From NCBI GenBank assembly GCA_036734025.1, contig DAIMZI010000003.1:6170-70169 (forward strand): a DNA stretch of 64,000 bases. Direction: 5' to 3'. This document shows positions 30,441 to 40,367 of the stretch, piece after piece (position 1 is the stretch's first letter; every line of letters starts with the position of its first letter). The position numbers and the translations under genes were made by a program. Below the pieces are notes generated by a model that saw nothing but the letters and a program-made list of their open reading frames with translations, did not search any database and was not told the origin of the DNA. The DNA is from Dichotomicrobium sp. (GTDB lineage Bacteria; Pseudomonadota; Alphaproteobacteria; Rhizobiales; Rhodomicrobiaceae).

Positions 30441-31138
30441 AGGCGGTCATATTCGATCTGGATGGCACCCTCGTCGATAGCGCTCCGGCGATCCGGCAGA
30501 TCGGCAACGACCTGCTTGCACAGATGGGCCTCGATGGCCTGTCGCTGGACGAGGCCCGCAGTTTCATCGGTCACGGCGCCGGCCGTTTCCTGGAGCGTGC
30601 CTTCGCTGCACGCGGCGTGAGCCTGAACGCGGATGAATTCGCCTCGCGTCTGGCCAGCTTCCAGGCGCTTTATGCCGCGGCTCCCGGAGACGCCAACCAG
30701 CCCTTTGCCGGCTGCGACGCGGTCTTGCGGGCCTTGAGCCGGGCCGGGGTGGCGATCGGGCTTTGCACCAACAAGCCGATGATCCCGGCGCAGAACGTGC
30801 TGCGCGCGCTCGGCTGGCTGGAACTTTTTGACACTGTGGTCTCGGGCGACTGCCTGGAGCAGAAAAAACCCGACCCGGCGCCGCTGCGGCTTGCCGGTGA
30901 GCGTCTTGGCGCGAGCGACCCGATTTATGTCGGCGATAGCGAAGTCGATGCCGCCGCCGCCAAGGCCGCCGGCTTTGCCTTTGTCCTGTTCACCGAGGGC
31001 TATCGATCCGCCCCGATCGACAGTCTGGCGCCTGACCGGATTTTTTCCGCGCATCAGGAACTGCCCGCAATCATCGATGAACTGATCAACTCGCGGGCGC
31101 ATGAGGCACGGCATGGAACTTCGGGCGCTGATATTTGA
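30437..31138 (+). CDS. cbbZ: Phosphoglycolate phosphatase (HAD)
   Basis: VIFDLDGTLVDS motif I, CTNKP, and VGDSEVD motif. The GTG start overlaps the cbbE stop (GTGA). Confidence 0.85.
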   Translation: MKAVIFDLDGTLVDSAPAIRQIGNDLLAQMGLDGLSLDEARSFIGHGAGRFLERAFAARGVSLNADEFASRLASFQALYAAAPGDANQPFAGCDAVLRALSRAGVAIGLCTNKPMIPAQNVLRALGWLELFDTVVSGDCLEQKKPDPAPLRLAGERLGASDPIYVGDSEVDAAAAKAAGFAFVLFTEGYRSAPIDSLAPDRIFSAHQELPAIIDELINSRAHEARHGTSGADI

Positions 31139-31832
31139 CGTCGATGGAACCTTGGCCGAAACCGAGGAACTGCATCGCCAGGCATTCAACGAGACCTTCG
31201 ACAGGCTTCGCCTCAACGCGAATTGGCTCGACCTTCAGAACGGCTGGTTCTGGAGCGAGGAGATCTACCGCGAACTGCTCAAAACGACCGGCGGCAAGGA
31301 GCGCATCGCCGTTTATCTGCGCGACTGGCTGGGCCATGATCCGGAACTGATCACTGCGGAGATCGTCCGCATTCACGCCGAAAAGACCGCGCGGTTCGCC
31401 GAACTGATCACCCGGACCAGGCTGCGGCTGAGGCCGGGGATCGAGGAATTGATCGAGGAAGCCCGCGCCAGTCAGCTCGGCCTTGCAGTCGCCACCACGT
31501 CCAGCCGGCAAAACGTCGAGCTTTTGTCGCGTGCTTGCTTTGGCCGGGACGCCAGCGACGTCTTTGACCATATCGCAGGCGGAAGCGACGTGCCGAACAA
31601 GAAGCCGGCGCCCGATGTCTACTTGCTGGCGCTCAAGCAACTGGCGTTGCCGCCTGAAGCCTGCATGGCTTTTGAAGACAGCCGCAACGGACTGCTCGCA
31701 GCGCGTGAAGCGGGCCTGCGCTGCATCGTGTCGCCCAGCCAGTACATGATGGACGAGGATTTCACGGGCGCGACCATGGTCGTGCCCTCCTTCGATAAGA
31801 TCGTGCCGAGCGTGCTGCAAGCTCAGCTCTGA
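31113..31832 (+). CDS. cbbY: CbbY-type HAD phosphatase (xylulose-1,5-bisphosphate phosphatase family)
   Basis: LIFDVDGTLAETEELHRQAFNETF and AFEDSRNGL motifs. An alternative start is ATG 31101. It overlaps the cbbZ 3' end by 26-38 nt. Confidence 0.85.
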   Translation: MELRALIFDVDGTLAETEELHRQAFNETFDRLRLNANWLDLQNGWFWSEEIYRELLKTTGGKERIAVYLRDWLGHDPELITAEIVRIHAEKTARFAELITRTRLRLRPGIEELIEEARASQLGLAVATTSSRQNVELLSRACFGRDASDVFDHIAGGSDVPNKKPAPDVYLLALKQLALPPEACMAFEDSRNGLLAAREAGLRCIVSPSQYMMDEDFTGATMVVPSFDKIVPSVLQAQL

Positions 31833-31930
31833 CCGACTGGTCTTCGTCCGGTGCGACCTTGCAGCGTTCTCCCCCCCCCTGCAGATGACACTTGGCTTGC
31901 CCGGCAAAAAGATGAATGATTCGGCAAGTC

Positions 31931-31979
31931 GCATTCGTGCATTCCGATTAAACATGCTAGGCTTTGAATGCATGAATGC
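31931..31979. promoter_or_regulatory. Candidate operator upstream of fccAB: 14-nt inverted repeat built from four GCATTC hexamers
   Basis: GCATTCGTGCATTC (31931-31944) and GAATGCATGAATGC (31966-31979) are 13/14 complementary, with a 21-nt spacer. The element lies 128 nt upstream of the fccA ATG. Confidence 0.35.
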
Positions 31980-32106
31980 TAACCTTTACCGCTTTACTGG
32001 AATAATCGGCTTCATGACGCCAGGAGTATCGGGACGAGTTTAAAAAGACCAATAATCGTATGGCCTTCCGGTCTGGTAGAGTGGCCGCAGGAACGAAGGG
32101 TGGAAA

Positions 32107-32490
32107 ATGCTGAAGGTGCTGATTTTGTTGGGGGCATTGGCATTCTGGCTGGAGGCAGCCACTGTTTCTGGCCGCGCCGGCGAGGCGACCGGAGAAGCTG
32201 CTTCAAGCCAACAGACCGTGGCGCCGCCGAATGAACTGCTGGCTCTTGAAGGTGATGCGGAATATGGCGCCTATCTGGCCAGCGAATGCAGCACATGCCA
32301 TCAGCCCGGCGGACACGAAAACGGAATACCCTCGCTCGTCGGGCTTCCCCGCGAGGAATTCATTTCCCGGATCTACGCCTACAAGGTGAAGTCGCGGAAT
32401 AATGTAACCATGCAGGAAATCGCCGCAGGTCTCTCATTTGAAGAAATCGCGGCGCTCGCTACTCATTTCGATGGCGCTAAGCCCAAATGA
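32107..32490 (+). CDS. fccA: Monoheme cytochrome c subunit of flavocytochrome c sulfide dehydrogenase
   Basis: 127 aa with a signal peptide and a single CSTCH heme site. It lies immediately upstream of the flavoprotein subunit. Confidence 0.75.
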   Translation: MLKVLILLGALAFWLEAATVSGRAGEATGEAASSQQTVAPPNELLALEGDAEYGAYLASECSTCHQPGGHENGIPSLVGLPREEFISRIYAYKVKSRNNVTMQEIAAGLSFEEIAALATHFDGAKPK

Positions 32491-32528
32491 ATCAATAAAC
32501 TGAGAACGATAAATTGATGGAGGAAACG

Positions 32529-33809
32529 ATGAGTTTGATGAACCGACGCGATGTTACCCGGCTGATGGGCGCATCCGCTCTCTTCGCGGCGTCGCCCGTT
32601 GGCCTGCGTGCGGTGTACGGACAGGCAAGGCCCAAGGTTGTCGTCATCGGTGGCGGTGCGGGCGGAGCGACGGCGGCGCGCTACATCGCTAAGGACTCGG
32701 CTGGTGCGATCGACGTGACCCTGATCGAGCCGAGCCGGAAATATTACACATGCTTCTTTTCCAATCTCTATATCGGCGGCTTTCGCGATTTTGAATCGCT
32801 GGGCCATACATATGACAAGCTCGCCTCGGAGCACGGCATCAATGTCGTGCACGACATGGCGACCGACATAGACCGCGATTCCAAGCACGTCGTTCTGTCC
32901 GGGGGCGAGCGCGTGCCCTATGACCGTCTCGTGGTCTCGCCGGGCATCGAACTGAAATACGACTCCGTGCCCGGCTATTCGCTGGCGGCAGCCAACATCA
33001 TGCCGCATGCTTGGAAGTCCGGCACCCAGGCGACGCTCTTGCGCCACAAGATCACCACCATGCGCGAAGGCGGCATGTTCGTCATGATCGCCCCGGACAA
33101 CCCGTTCCGCTGCCCGCCAGGTCCAGGCGAGCGCATCTGCATGGTCGCCCATCAGTTCAAACAGGCGAACCCGACGGCGAAAATCGTCATCCTCGACCAG
33201 AAGGAAGCCTTCTCGAAACAAGGTCTGTTTCAGGAAGCCTGGGAGCGGCACTATCCAGGCATGGTGGAATGGATTCCCAAGTCGATCCACGGCGGCATCA
33301 AGAACGTCGATGCGGCATCGGGTACCATCGAGACCGAACTCGACAGCTTTACCGCAGATGTCGCCAATGTGATCCCGAACCAGAGCGCCGGCAACATCGC
33401 CATAGTCGCCGGACTGACCAACGACAGCGGCTTCTGCCCCATCAAGCCGGACAGCATGCAGAGTGCAGAGGACGAAAATATCTACATTCTCGGCGATGCG
33501 ACGATCGCCGGAGACATGCCGAAGTCCGGCTTTTCGGCTAACAGCCAGGCCAAGGTCGCGGCGATGACCATTCGCGGGGATTTGACCGGCTCACGCGTCT
33601 TCCCGGCCCGCTATTCCAACACGTGCTGGAGCTTGCAGGCTCCGGACGACGGGGTAAAAGTTGGCGCCAGCTATGAGCCAACCGAGGAGAAAATCGCCTC
33701 GACATCAAGCTTTATCAGCCAGGCGGGCGAAGATGCCGAATTGCGCAAGAAGACCTATCTGGAATCGCTGGACTGGTATGCGGGCATCACCACCGACATG
33801 CTGAGCTGA
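32529..33809 (+). CDS. fccB: Flavocytochrome c sulfide dehydrogenase flavoprotein subunit (FCSD/SoxF-like), Tat-exported
   Basis: Twin-arginine signal MNRRDVTRLMGASALFA, FAD fold VVVIGGGAGGATAARY, and a Cys pair region (FRCPPGPGERICM). RBS GGAGGA lies before ATG 32529. Confidence 0.88.
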   Translation: MSLMNRRDVTRLMGASALFAASPVGLRAVYGQARPKVVVIGGGAGGATAARYIAKDSAGAIDVTLIEPSRKYYTCFFSNLYIGGFRDFESLGHTYDKLASEHGINVVHDMATDIDRDSKHVVLSGGERVPYDRLVVSPGIELKYDSVPGYSLAAANIMPHAWKSGTQATLLRHKITTMREGGMFVMIAPDNPFRCPPGPGERICMVAHQFKQANPTAKIVILDQKEAFSKQGLFQEAWERHYPGMVEWIPKSIHGGIKNVDAASGTIETELDSFTADVANVIPNQSAGNIAIVAGLTNDSGFCPIKPDSMQSAEDENIYILGDATIAGDMPKSGFSANSQAKVAAMTIRGDLTGSRVFPARYSNTCWSLQAPDDGVKVGASYEPTEEKIASTSSFISQAGEDAELRKKTYLESLDWYAGITTDMLS

Positions 33810-33842
33810 GGCCGCGCCCGTCAAAAAGCGCACATGATGCAG

Positions 33843-33865
33843 GCGGGGGCGCACGGCGCTCCCGC
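33843..33865. terminator. Candidate bidirectional stem-loop between convergent fccB and moaE
   Basis: GCGGGGGCGC-ACG-GCGCTCCCGC: a 10-bp stem with one G-U pair. The U-tracts are weak. Confidence 0.4.
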
Positions 33866-33870
33866 TTAGC

Positions 33871-34344
33871 TCATCCGGGCTTGTCGGCGGCCTCCATTTC
33901 GGCCCAGCGCGCGAGCGCGGCGTCGTCTTCTCCCCGCGCCTCCACCCAGCTTGCGCCTTTCGGCGTCTCTTCGCTTTTCCAGAATGGCGCGCTGGTCTTC
34001 AGGTAATCCATAAGGAACTGGGCAGCTTCGAATGCTGCCTGGCGGTGCGACGATGCGGTGATCACCAGCACGATATTGTCGCCCGGCTCCAGCCGGCCGT
34101 AGCGATGTATGATGAGGCTCGCAGCCAGCGGCCAGCGGGCGCAGGCCTCGCGCTCGATGCGCTCCAGTTCGCGCTCGGTCATGCCGGGATAATGCTCAAG
34201 CGTCATCGCCCCGATGGGCTGGCCCCTGGCGGTGTCGCGCACTGTACCTGTGAAGCTGACGATGGCGCCGATATCGCTGCGCCCGGCGCGCAAGCTCGCC
34301 ATCTCGCTGCCGATATCGAAGTCTTGTGCCTGCACTCGGATCAT
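33871..34344 (-). CDS. moaE: Molybdopterin synthase catalytic subunit
   Basis: 157 aa with GAIVSFTGTVRD and APFWKSE motifs. Confidence 0.92.
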   Translation of the reverse strand: MIRVQAQDFDIGSEMASLRAGRSDIGAIVSFTGTVRDTARGQPIGAMTLEHYPGMTERELERIEREACARWPLAASLIIHRYGRLEPGDNIVLVITASSHRQAAFEAAQFLMDYLKTSAPFWKSEETPKGASWVEARGEDDAALARWAEMEAADKPG

Positions 34345-34355
34345 TCGCTTGCTCC

Positions 34356-34613
34356 TCAGCCGCCGGTCACCGGCGGGAAGAATGCGATCTCGCGCGCCTG
34401 CCCGATTGGCGCGTCATGCTGGACATGTTCATGATCAATCGCTGCGCGGACCACATCACTGCGAGCGAAGGCAGCGGCATATTCGGGGCCGCGCGCCTTC
34501 TGCCATTCTATGAGATCGGCCACGGTGCGCAAACCGTCCGGCAGTTCGATCTCTTCTTGAGCTTTACCTGTCTTTTCGCGCATCCAGGCAAAATAAACGA
34601 GCTTTGTCGTCAT
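34356..34613 (-). CDS. moaD: Molybdopterin synthase sulfur-carrier subunit
   Basis: 85 aa ending in PPVTGG (C-terminal Gly-Gly). ATG 34613 overlaps the pgsA stop (ATGA). The track start at 34796 is rejected. Confidence 0.88.
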   Translation of the reverse strand: MTTKLVYFAWMREKTGKAQEEIELPDGLRTVADLIEWQKARGPEYAAAFARSDVVRAAIDHEHVQHDAPIGQAREIAFFPPVTGG

Positions 34614-35218
34614 GCTTCGTGCTCCATCACATGTTTGAGGCCGGCACGGAAATAATCGAACCCGGTGTACAAAGTCACGAGCGCCGCCACCCACAACAGG
34701 CTCAGCCCGATGGACGTGGCGCATCCGCACACCCGGTCGCCCGCTGTGCCGGCCAGCAAAAAGCACAGCGCCATGATCTGCGCCGTGGTCTTCCATTTCG
34801 CCAGCCGGGTGACCGACACGGTGACGTTCAGTTCAGCCAGGAACTCCCGAAGCCCCGACACAAGTATTTCCCGTGACAGGATAATCACCGCCGCCCAGAT
34901 CGACCAGCCCGAAATGGTCTGATCGGCGACGAGCATCAGCAGGGCGGCGCCGACGAGCAGCTTGTCGGCAATCGGATCGAGCATGCGGCCCAGCGCGGAC
35001 TGTTGCTGCCAGGCGCGCGCCAGGTAGCCATCGAGAAAATCGGTGACGCCCGCGGCCGCGAATATGCCAAGCGCCACCCAGCGGGCGATCTCGCCATCGA
35101 GGAAAAACATCACCGCTACCAGCGCCGGCACCGCGCCAAGCCGCAGATAGGTCAGGATATTGGGCAAGCCGAGCACCAGATTGCGGCGCGTCGTGGGCTG
35201 GCGCAGTGCTGGCGTCAT
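34610..35218 (-). CDS. pgsA: CDP-diacylglycerol--glycerol-3-phosphate 3-phosphatidyltransferase
   Basis: CDP-alcohol phosphotransferase motif DFLDGYLAR...GRMLDPIADK, within a polytopic protein. Confidence 0.92.
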   Translation of the reverse strand: MTPALRQPTTRRNLVLGLPNILTYLRLGAVPALVAVMFFLDGEIARWVALGIFAAAGVTDFLDGYLARAWQQQSALGRMLDPIADKLLVGAALLMLVADQTISGWSIWAAVIILSREILVSGLREFLAELNVTVSVTRLAKWKTTAQIMALCFLLAGTAGDRVCGCATSIGLSLLWVAALVTLYTGFDYFRAGLKHVMEHEA

Positions 35219-35266
35219 GACGTGCCGATCATCTGTGCGCGCGAAACTGCCGCGCAGCAGTCAGCG

Positions 35267-35755
35267 TCAATGCGCGGCTTCCACCCGCGTGAGCGGCGGA
35301 CCGATCTCATATTTCGACCGCCTGATGACCAGGGAGGTCTTGACACTGTCCACATTGCGGGCCGCCGTCAGGTCATTTATGATAAAATCCTGAAAAGCTT
35401 CGAGATCCGGCGCGACGCATTTCAGGATGAAGTCGATCTCGCCTGATAACATATGACATTCGCGCACAAGTTCCCAGTCACGAGCGCTTTCCTCGAAGGC
35501 GCGCAGATCAGCCTCTGACTGATGCGCAAGCCCGACCATGGCGAATGCCGTCACCTCGAAGCCCAGCGATCTCTGGTTCAAAAGTGCGTGATAGCCGTCG
35601 ATAATGCCCGCCTCCTCCAGTGCGCGCACGCGGCGCAGGCACGGCGGCGCCGAAATGCCGACGCGGCGCGCCAGTTCCACATTGGTAATGCGGCCATTCG
35701 CCTGAAGTTCCCGGAGGATGTGCCAATCGGTGGCGTCGAGCTTGATTCCAGACAT
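35267..35755 (-). CDS. Lrp/AsnC family transcriptional regulator
   Basis: KLDATDWHILRELQANGRITNVELARRVGISAPPCLRRVRALEEAGII plus a RAM domain. ATG 35755 is used; the track start at 35902 is rejected. Confidence 0.88.
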   Translation of the reverse strand: MSGIKLDATDWHILRELQANGRITNVELARRVGISAPPCLRRVRALEEAGIIDGYHALLNQRSLGFEVTAFAMVGLAHQSEADLRAFEESARDWELVRECHMLSGEIDFILKCVAPDLEAFQDFIINDLTAARNVDSVKTSLVIRRSKYEIGPPLTRVEAAH

Positions 35756-35922
35756 GAAATGCTTCCAGATGATTGGGTGATTAACGAGGCAGTCTGATTG
35801 AAGCCATCTATTCGGCAATGCAACATGATTTTGCGCTGCGAGATTGATAATATAATGTCTGGCGCAAGATAGAACCGAAAAGGTTCTGCTCTGCACGGGC
35901 AATAATATTTGCGGAACGCGCG

Positions 35923-36969
35923 ATGGGCTCCCCCAAACGATCAGCCCTTCACACCCCGGACATGGCCGAGCCGGCCCCGGCGCGGCCCTCGGTGTGGATC
36001 ATCTCCGATGGCAAGGCAGGGCATCTGGCGCTGAGCGCGGGCGTGGCCTCCGCAATGGGGCTGGAGCCGCGTCTCATCGAGATCGATGCACGCTGGCCGT
36101 GGCGGTGGCTGGCGCCGAACGGTCCGGTGCCGCCGAGCGAGCGGTTTGCCAGGCCCGGCAGCCGCTTTCAGCCGCCTTGGCCGGATTTCGCCTTTGCCGC
36201 GGGCCGGCTCACCATCCCCTATCTGCGGGCGATACGCCGCGCCGCGGGGCCGAGATGTTTTTGCGTCGCCTTCATGGACCCGCGGACCAGGGATGCGGGG
36301 GCCGATCTGGTCTGGGTGCCGGCGCACGATGGGCGCCGGGGCGACGATGTGATCGTCACGCTCACCTCGCCGCACCGGTTCTCGCCGGACATGCTGAGCG
36401 CGTTGCGCGCCGATCTGCCCGCCAGCGTCGCGGCCCTTCCCGCACCACGTGTGAGCGTGCTGCTCGGTGGACCCAGCGCATCCTTCCGCTTTTCGCCGCG
36501 CACCTCCGGGCGCCTTTGCGCCAGCCTTGAGCAACTCGCCCAGCTTGGGGTCAGCTTCATGATCACGCCGTCGCGGCGCACGCCGCCCGCTCTGATCGCC
36601 AGTGTCGATCAAGCGACCCGCAACGCCCCGCGCATCCTGTGGCGCGGACAGGGCGAAAACCCGTACCCAGCTTTCCTCGCCGGGGCTGACTTGTTCATCG
36701 TCACCGCGGACTCGGTGAACATGGCCGGCGAGGCCGCAGCGACTGGCAAGCCGGTTTATGTCTTCATGCCGGATGGCGGCGCGCCGAAGTTTCATCGGTT
36801 TCATGCAGCGCTCGCCGAGCATGGTGCGACAAGGCCCCTGCCCGAACAGTTCGCCGGTCTCGAACTATGGAGCTATCCGCCGCTCGATGCCGCCAGGCAG
36901 ATCGCAGCGGAAGTCCTGAAGCGTCAGCGTGAGCGGGTCGCGCGGCGCCGTCTGATCGATCATGATTGA
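35923..36969 (+). CDS. ELM1/DUF1022 family protein (predicted glycosyltransferase-like fold)
   Basis: IISDGKAGH, TPSRRTP and VTADSVNMAGEAAATGKPVYVF resemble the family as I recall it. Not verified. Confidence 0.65.
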   Translation: MGSPKRSALHTPDMAEPAPARPSVWIISDGKAGHLALSAGVASAMGLEPRLIEIDARWPWRWLAPNGPVPPSERFARPGSRFQPPWPDFAFAAGRLTIPYLRAIRRAAGPRCFCVAFMDPRTRDAGADLVWVPAHDGRRGDDVIVTLTSPHRFSPDMLSALRADLPASVAALPAPRVSVLLGGPSASFRFSPRTSGRLCASLEQLAQLGVSFMITPSRRTPPALIASVDQATRNAPRILWRGQGENPYPAFLAGADLFIVTADSVNMAGEAAATGKPVYVFMPDGGAPKFHRFHAALAEHGATRPLPEQFAGLELWSYPPLDAARQIAAEVLKRQRERVARRRLIDHD

Positions 36970-37038
36970 AGGCCGGGTATGTAAACGCGGGATAAGACGG
37001 TCTGCGCGTTGATACCGCCACGGCGATGCCATATCTGA

Positions 37039-38115
<1,077 letters not shown>

Positions 38116-38163
38116 GTAAATCCGTGGGGTGGCGGTCTGGCGCCCCCGGGGCTGGATCGCGAT

Positions 38164-39051
38164 ATGGATTGGGACAAGCTGAGAATTTTCCACGCTGCGG
38201 CTGAAGCCGGCAGCTTCACCCATGCGGCCGAGGCGCTGCATCTCAGCCAGTCTGCCGTAAGCCGCCATGTCAGCGCGCTGGAGCAGGAGCTGAATACGGC
38301 CTTGTTCCACCGCCATGCGCGGGGGCTGGCGCTGACGGAACAGGGCGAGCTGTTGCGGCGCACGGCTGAAGAAGTGCTGACCAAGCTCAATTCGGTCGAG
38401 TCGATGCTCGCCGATACGCGCTCCGAACCCTCAGGCGAACTGCGTGTGACGACGCCAGCGGGGCTTGGCTCCACCTGGCTGGCGCCGCGGCTTCTGGAAT
38501 TCATCGAGCGCTATCCGGAAATTCATCTGCAACTCCTGCTGCGCGATGAGGAACTCGACCTCAGCAAGCGCGAGGCTGATGTCGGCATCTGGCTGCATGC
38601 CCCGGCCCAGAAGGATCTCATCCTGCGCCGCCTCTTCACGGTACATTTCCATGTCTATGCCGCGCGCGAATATCTCGATGAATTCGGTGCGCCGCAGACC
38701 CTGTCGGATATCGACCGCCATCGCATCATCACTTATGGTGGCATTCCTTATCCGCGCCGCGGCATCAACTGGCTGGAAACGGCGGGCCGCGAGGGGCAGA
38801 AGCCGCGTCTGCCGATCATGCGCATCAACAGCATCGACGGGATAAAGCGCGTGGTCAAACGCGGCCTGGGGCTGGCGGTGCTGCCGGATTACCTGACTTC
38901 CGATGAGCCGAACCTGGTCATGGTGCTCGACGGCGCCGACGTGCCGGCGTTCGACACCTATCTGGTTTATCCAGCTGAACTGAAGACGTCCAAGCGACTG
39001 AAGGTCTTCCGCGATTTCGTCGTGTCGAAGGCGCGGGACTGGAATTTCTAG
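38164..39051 (+). CDS. LysR family transcriptional regulator
   Basis: wHTH LRIFHAAAEAGSFTHAAEALHLSQSAVSRHVSALE plus a substrate-binding domain. Confidence 0.88.
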   Translation: MDWDKLRIFHAAAEAGSFTHAAEALHLSQSAVSRHVSALEQELNTALFHRHARGLALTEQGELLRRTAEEVLTKLNSVESMLADTRSEPSGELRVTTPAGLGSTWLAPRLLEFIERYPEIHLQLLLRDEELDLSKREADVGIWLHAPAQKDLILRRLFTVHFHVYAAREYLDEFGAPQTLSDIDRHRIITYGGIPYPRRGINWLETAGREGQKPRLPIMRINSIDGIKRVVKRGLGLAVLPDYLTSDEPNLVMVLDGADVPAFDTYLVYPAELKTSKRLKVFRDFVVSKARDWNF

Positions 39052-39381
39052 AGCGTATTCGTGTCAAGGTTAATATCGGTGCGCCTTGAAAGGCTGTGGA
39101 TCAAGCCACGCACTGTGTTGATCTGTGTCCAGGACGCGCGAAATCGCATGAGGCTAGGCTTCCAAAAGCCTAATAATAATGCTATAACCCTTGCTTCTTC
39201 GGCGTCAGGTCGGCAAGGCATTCGGAAGTAGCCCGGGGGGTCGGTTTAGCTTCGAGCCAAGGACTTAGTCGGGATGACCGCGTGTTCGGTCGTCTCTGCG
39301 AAGGTGTTTCGAGTCTTGCAGGGTCTGATGCGGTAGGTTTTTCGCGTAGAACAGTTGGGCGATTGGGGGCAGCAAAAGGGC

Positions 39382-39412
39382 GGCCATCAGAGTTGATGGC
39401 CGATGAGTTTTT
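39382..39412 (+). terminator. Candidate Rho-independent terminator inside the lysR-carD intergenic region
   Basis: GGCCATCA-GAGT-TGATGGCC (an 8-bp stem) is followed 6 nt later by TTTTTGTTGTT. No annotated ORF ends here. Confidence 0.4.
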
Positions 39413-39506
39413 GTTGTTGAGGCTCCTGTGAATCTACGCAGTCGCAATCGGCACGAACCCGCCCCTGCCGGTAAGCCCGGCGGTGGACAGAAAAGTGAGA
39501 CTGAGA

Positions 39507-40115
39507 ATGGCTGCAAAAAAATCAAATCAAAGAAACGGCTTCAAGACAAACGAATATGTGGTCTATCCGACGCACGGCGTCGGGCGCATCGTCGGCATCG
39601 AGGAACAGGAAATCGCTGGCACCCGGCTGGAACTTTTCGTCATCAATTTCGAGCAGGAGAAGATGACGCTGCGCGTGCCGACCATGAAATGCAAGAATGT
39701 GGGCATGCGCAAGCTCTCCGAGAACGCGATCGTCGACAAGGCTCTCAGCACGTTGCGTGGCCGCGCCCGCGTGCGCCGCATGATGTGGAGCCGGCGCGCC
39801 CAGGAATATGATGCGAAGATCAATTCCGGCGATCTGATTGCCATTGCCGAAGTCGTGCGCGACCTGCACCGCTCCGACAGCCAGCCCGAACAGTCTTACT
39901 CCGAACGCCAGCTTTACGAACAAGCGCTTGACCGCATGGCGCGCGAGATTGCCGCCGTGCAGGACGTCGATGAAGCCATCGCGATCCGGCGCATCCACGA
40001 CGCTCTCAACAAGGTCGCCGTTGTCGCCGCGGTAGATCTCGACGAAGACGAGACGATCATGGGAGACGATGAAACCATCGACGCCTCGGCGGATCAGCAG
40101 GTCAGGGCAGCCTAA
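39507..40115 (+). CDS. carD: CarD/CdnL family RNA-polymerase-binding transcriptional regulator
   Basis: FKTNEYVVYPTHGVGRIVGIEEQEIAG (Tudor-like RID). An alternative start is GTG 39483. Confidence 0.9.
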   Translation: MAAKKSNQRNGFKTNEYVVYPTHGVGRIVGIEEQEIAGTRLELFVINFEQEKMTLRVPTMKCKNVGMRKLSENAIVDKALSTLRGRARVRRMMWSRRAQEYDAKINSGDLIAIAEVVRDLHRSDSQPEQSYSERQLYEQALDRMAREIAAVQDVDEAIAIRRIHDALNKVAVVAAVDLDEDETIMGDDETIDASADQQVRAA

Positions 40116-40367
40116 GTCCTGCCCGAGCCGTCGGGCCAAACCGGCTCGCATCTGGAAACCGGCTGGCCGCGCGCATGGCGGCTGGCCGTTTTCATTTTGC
40201 GCGCCCGCTCGCCCGCGCTGGTGTGCCGCAACCTGACGGGATTGCGAGGCGCCCGCGCCGGTCGTATCATCTGATAATGAATTTTGATCTGCATAAAACT
40301 GTAGCGGCATGTGGCCGCCACCATGTCAGGCTGGGCTTCGGCCCTGTCATCTTGGGGTCCGTTGGCT

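Noticed and set aside
31885-32043. A 52-aa plus-strand ORF (MTLGLPGKKMNDSASRIRAFRLNMLGFECMNANLYRFTGIIGFMTPGVSGRV) in the cbbY-fccA spacer.
   Set aside because: There is no RBS (the ATG directly follows the C9/CTGCAG element), no coding-type third-position bias, and it spans the inverted-repeat element. It is more likely non-coding regulatory DNA.
39195-39245. SRP (4.5S) RNA-like motif GUCAGGUC...GGAAG...AGCC in the lysR-carD spacer.
   Set aside because: There is only a partial resemblance to the conserved domain IV sequence (GUCAGGUCCGGAAGGAAGCAGC). The symmetric-loop and GGAA tetraloop context and the closing helix are missing, so this is probably coincidence.
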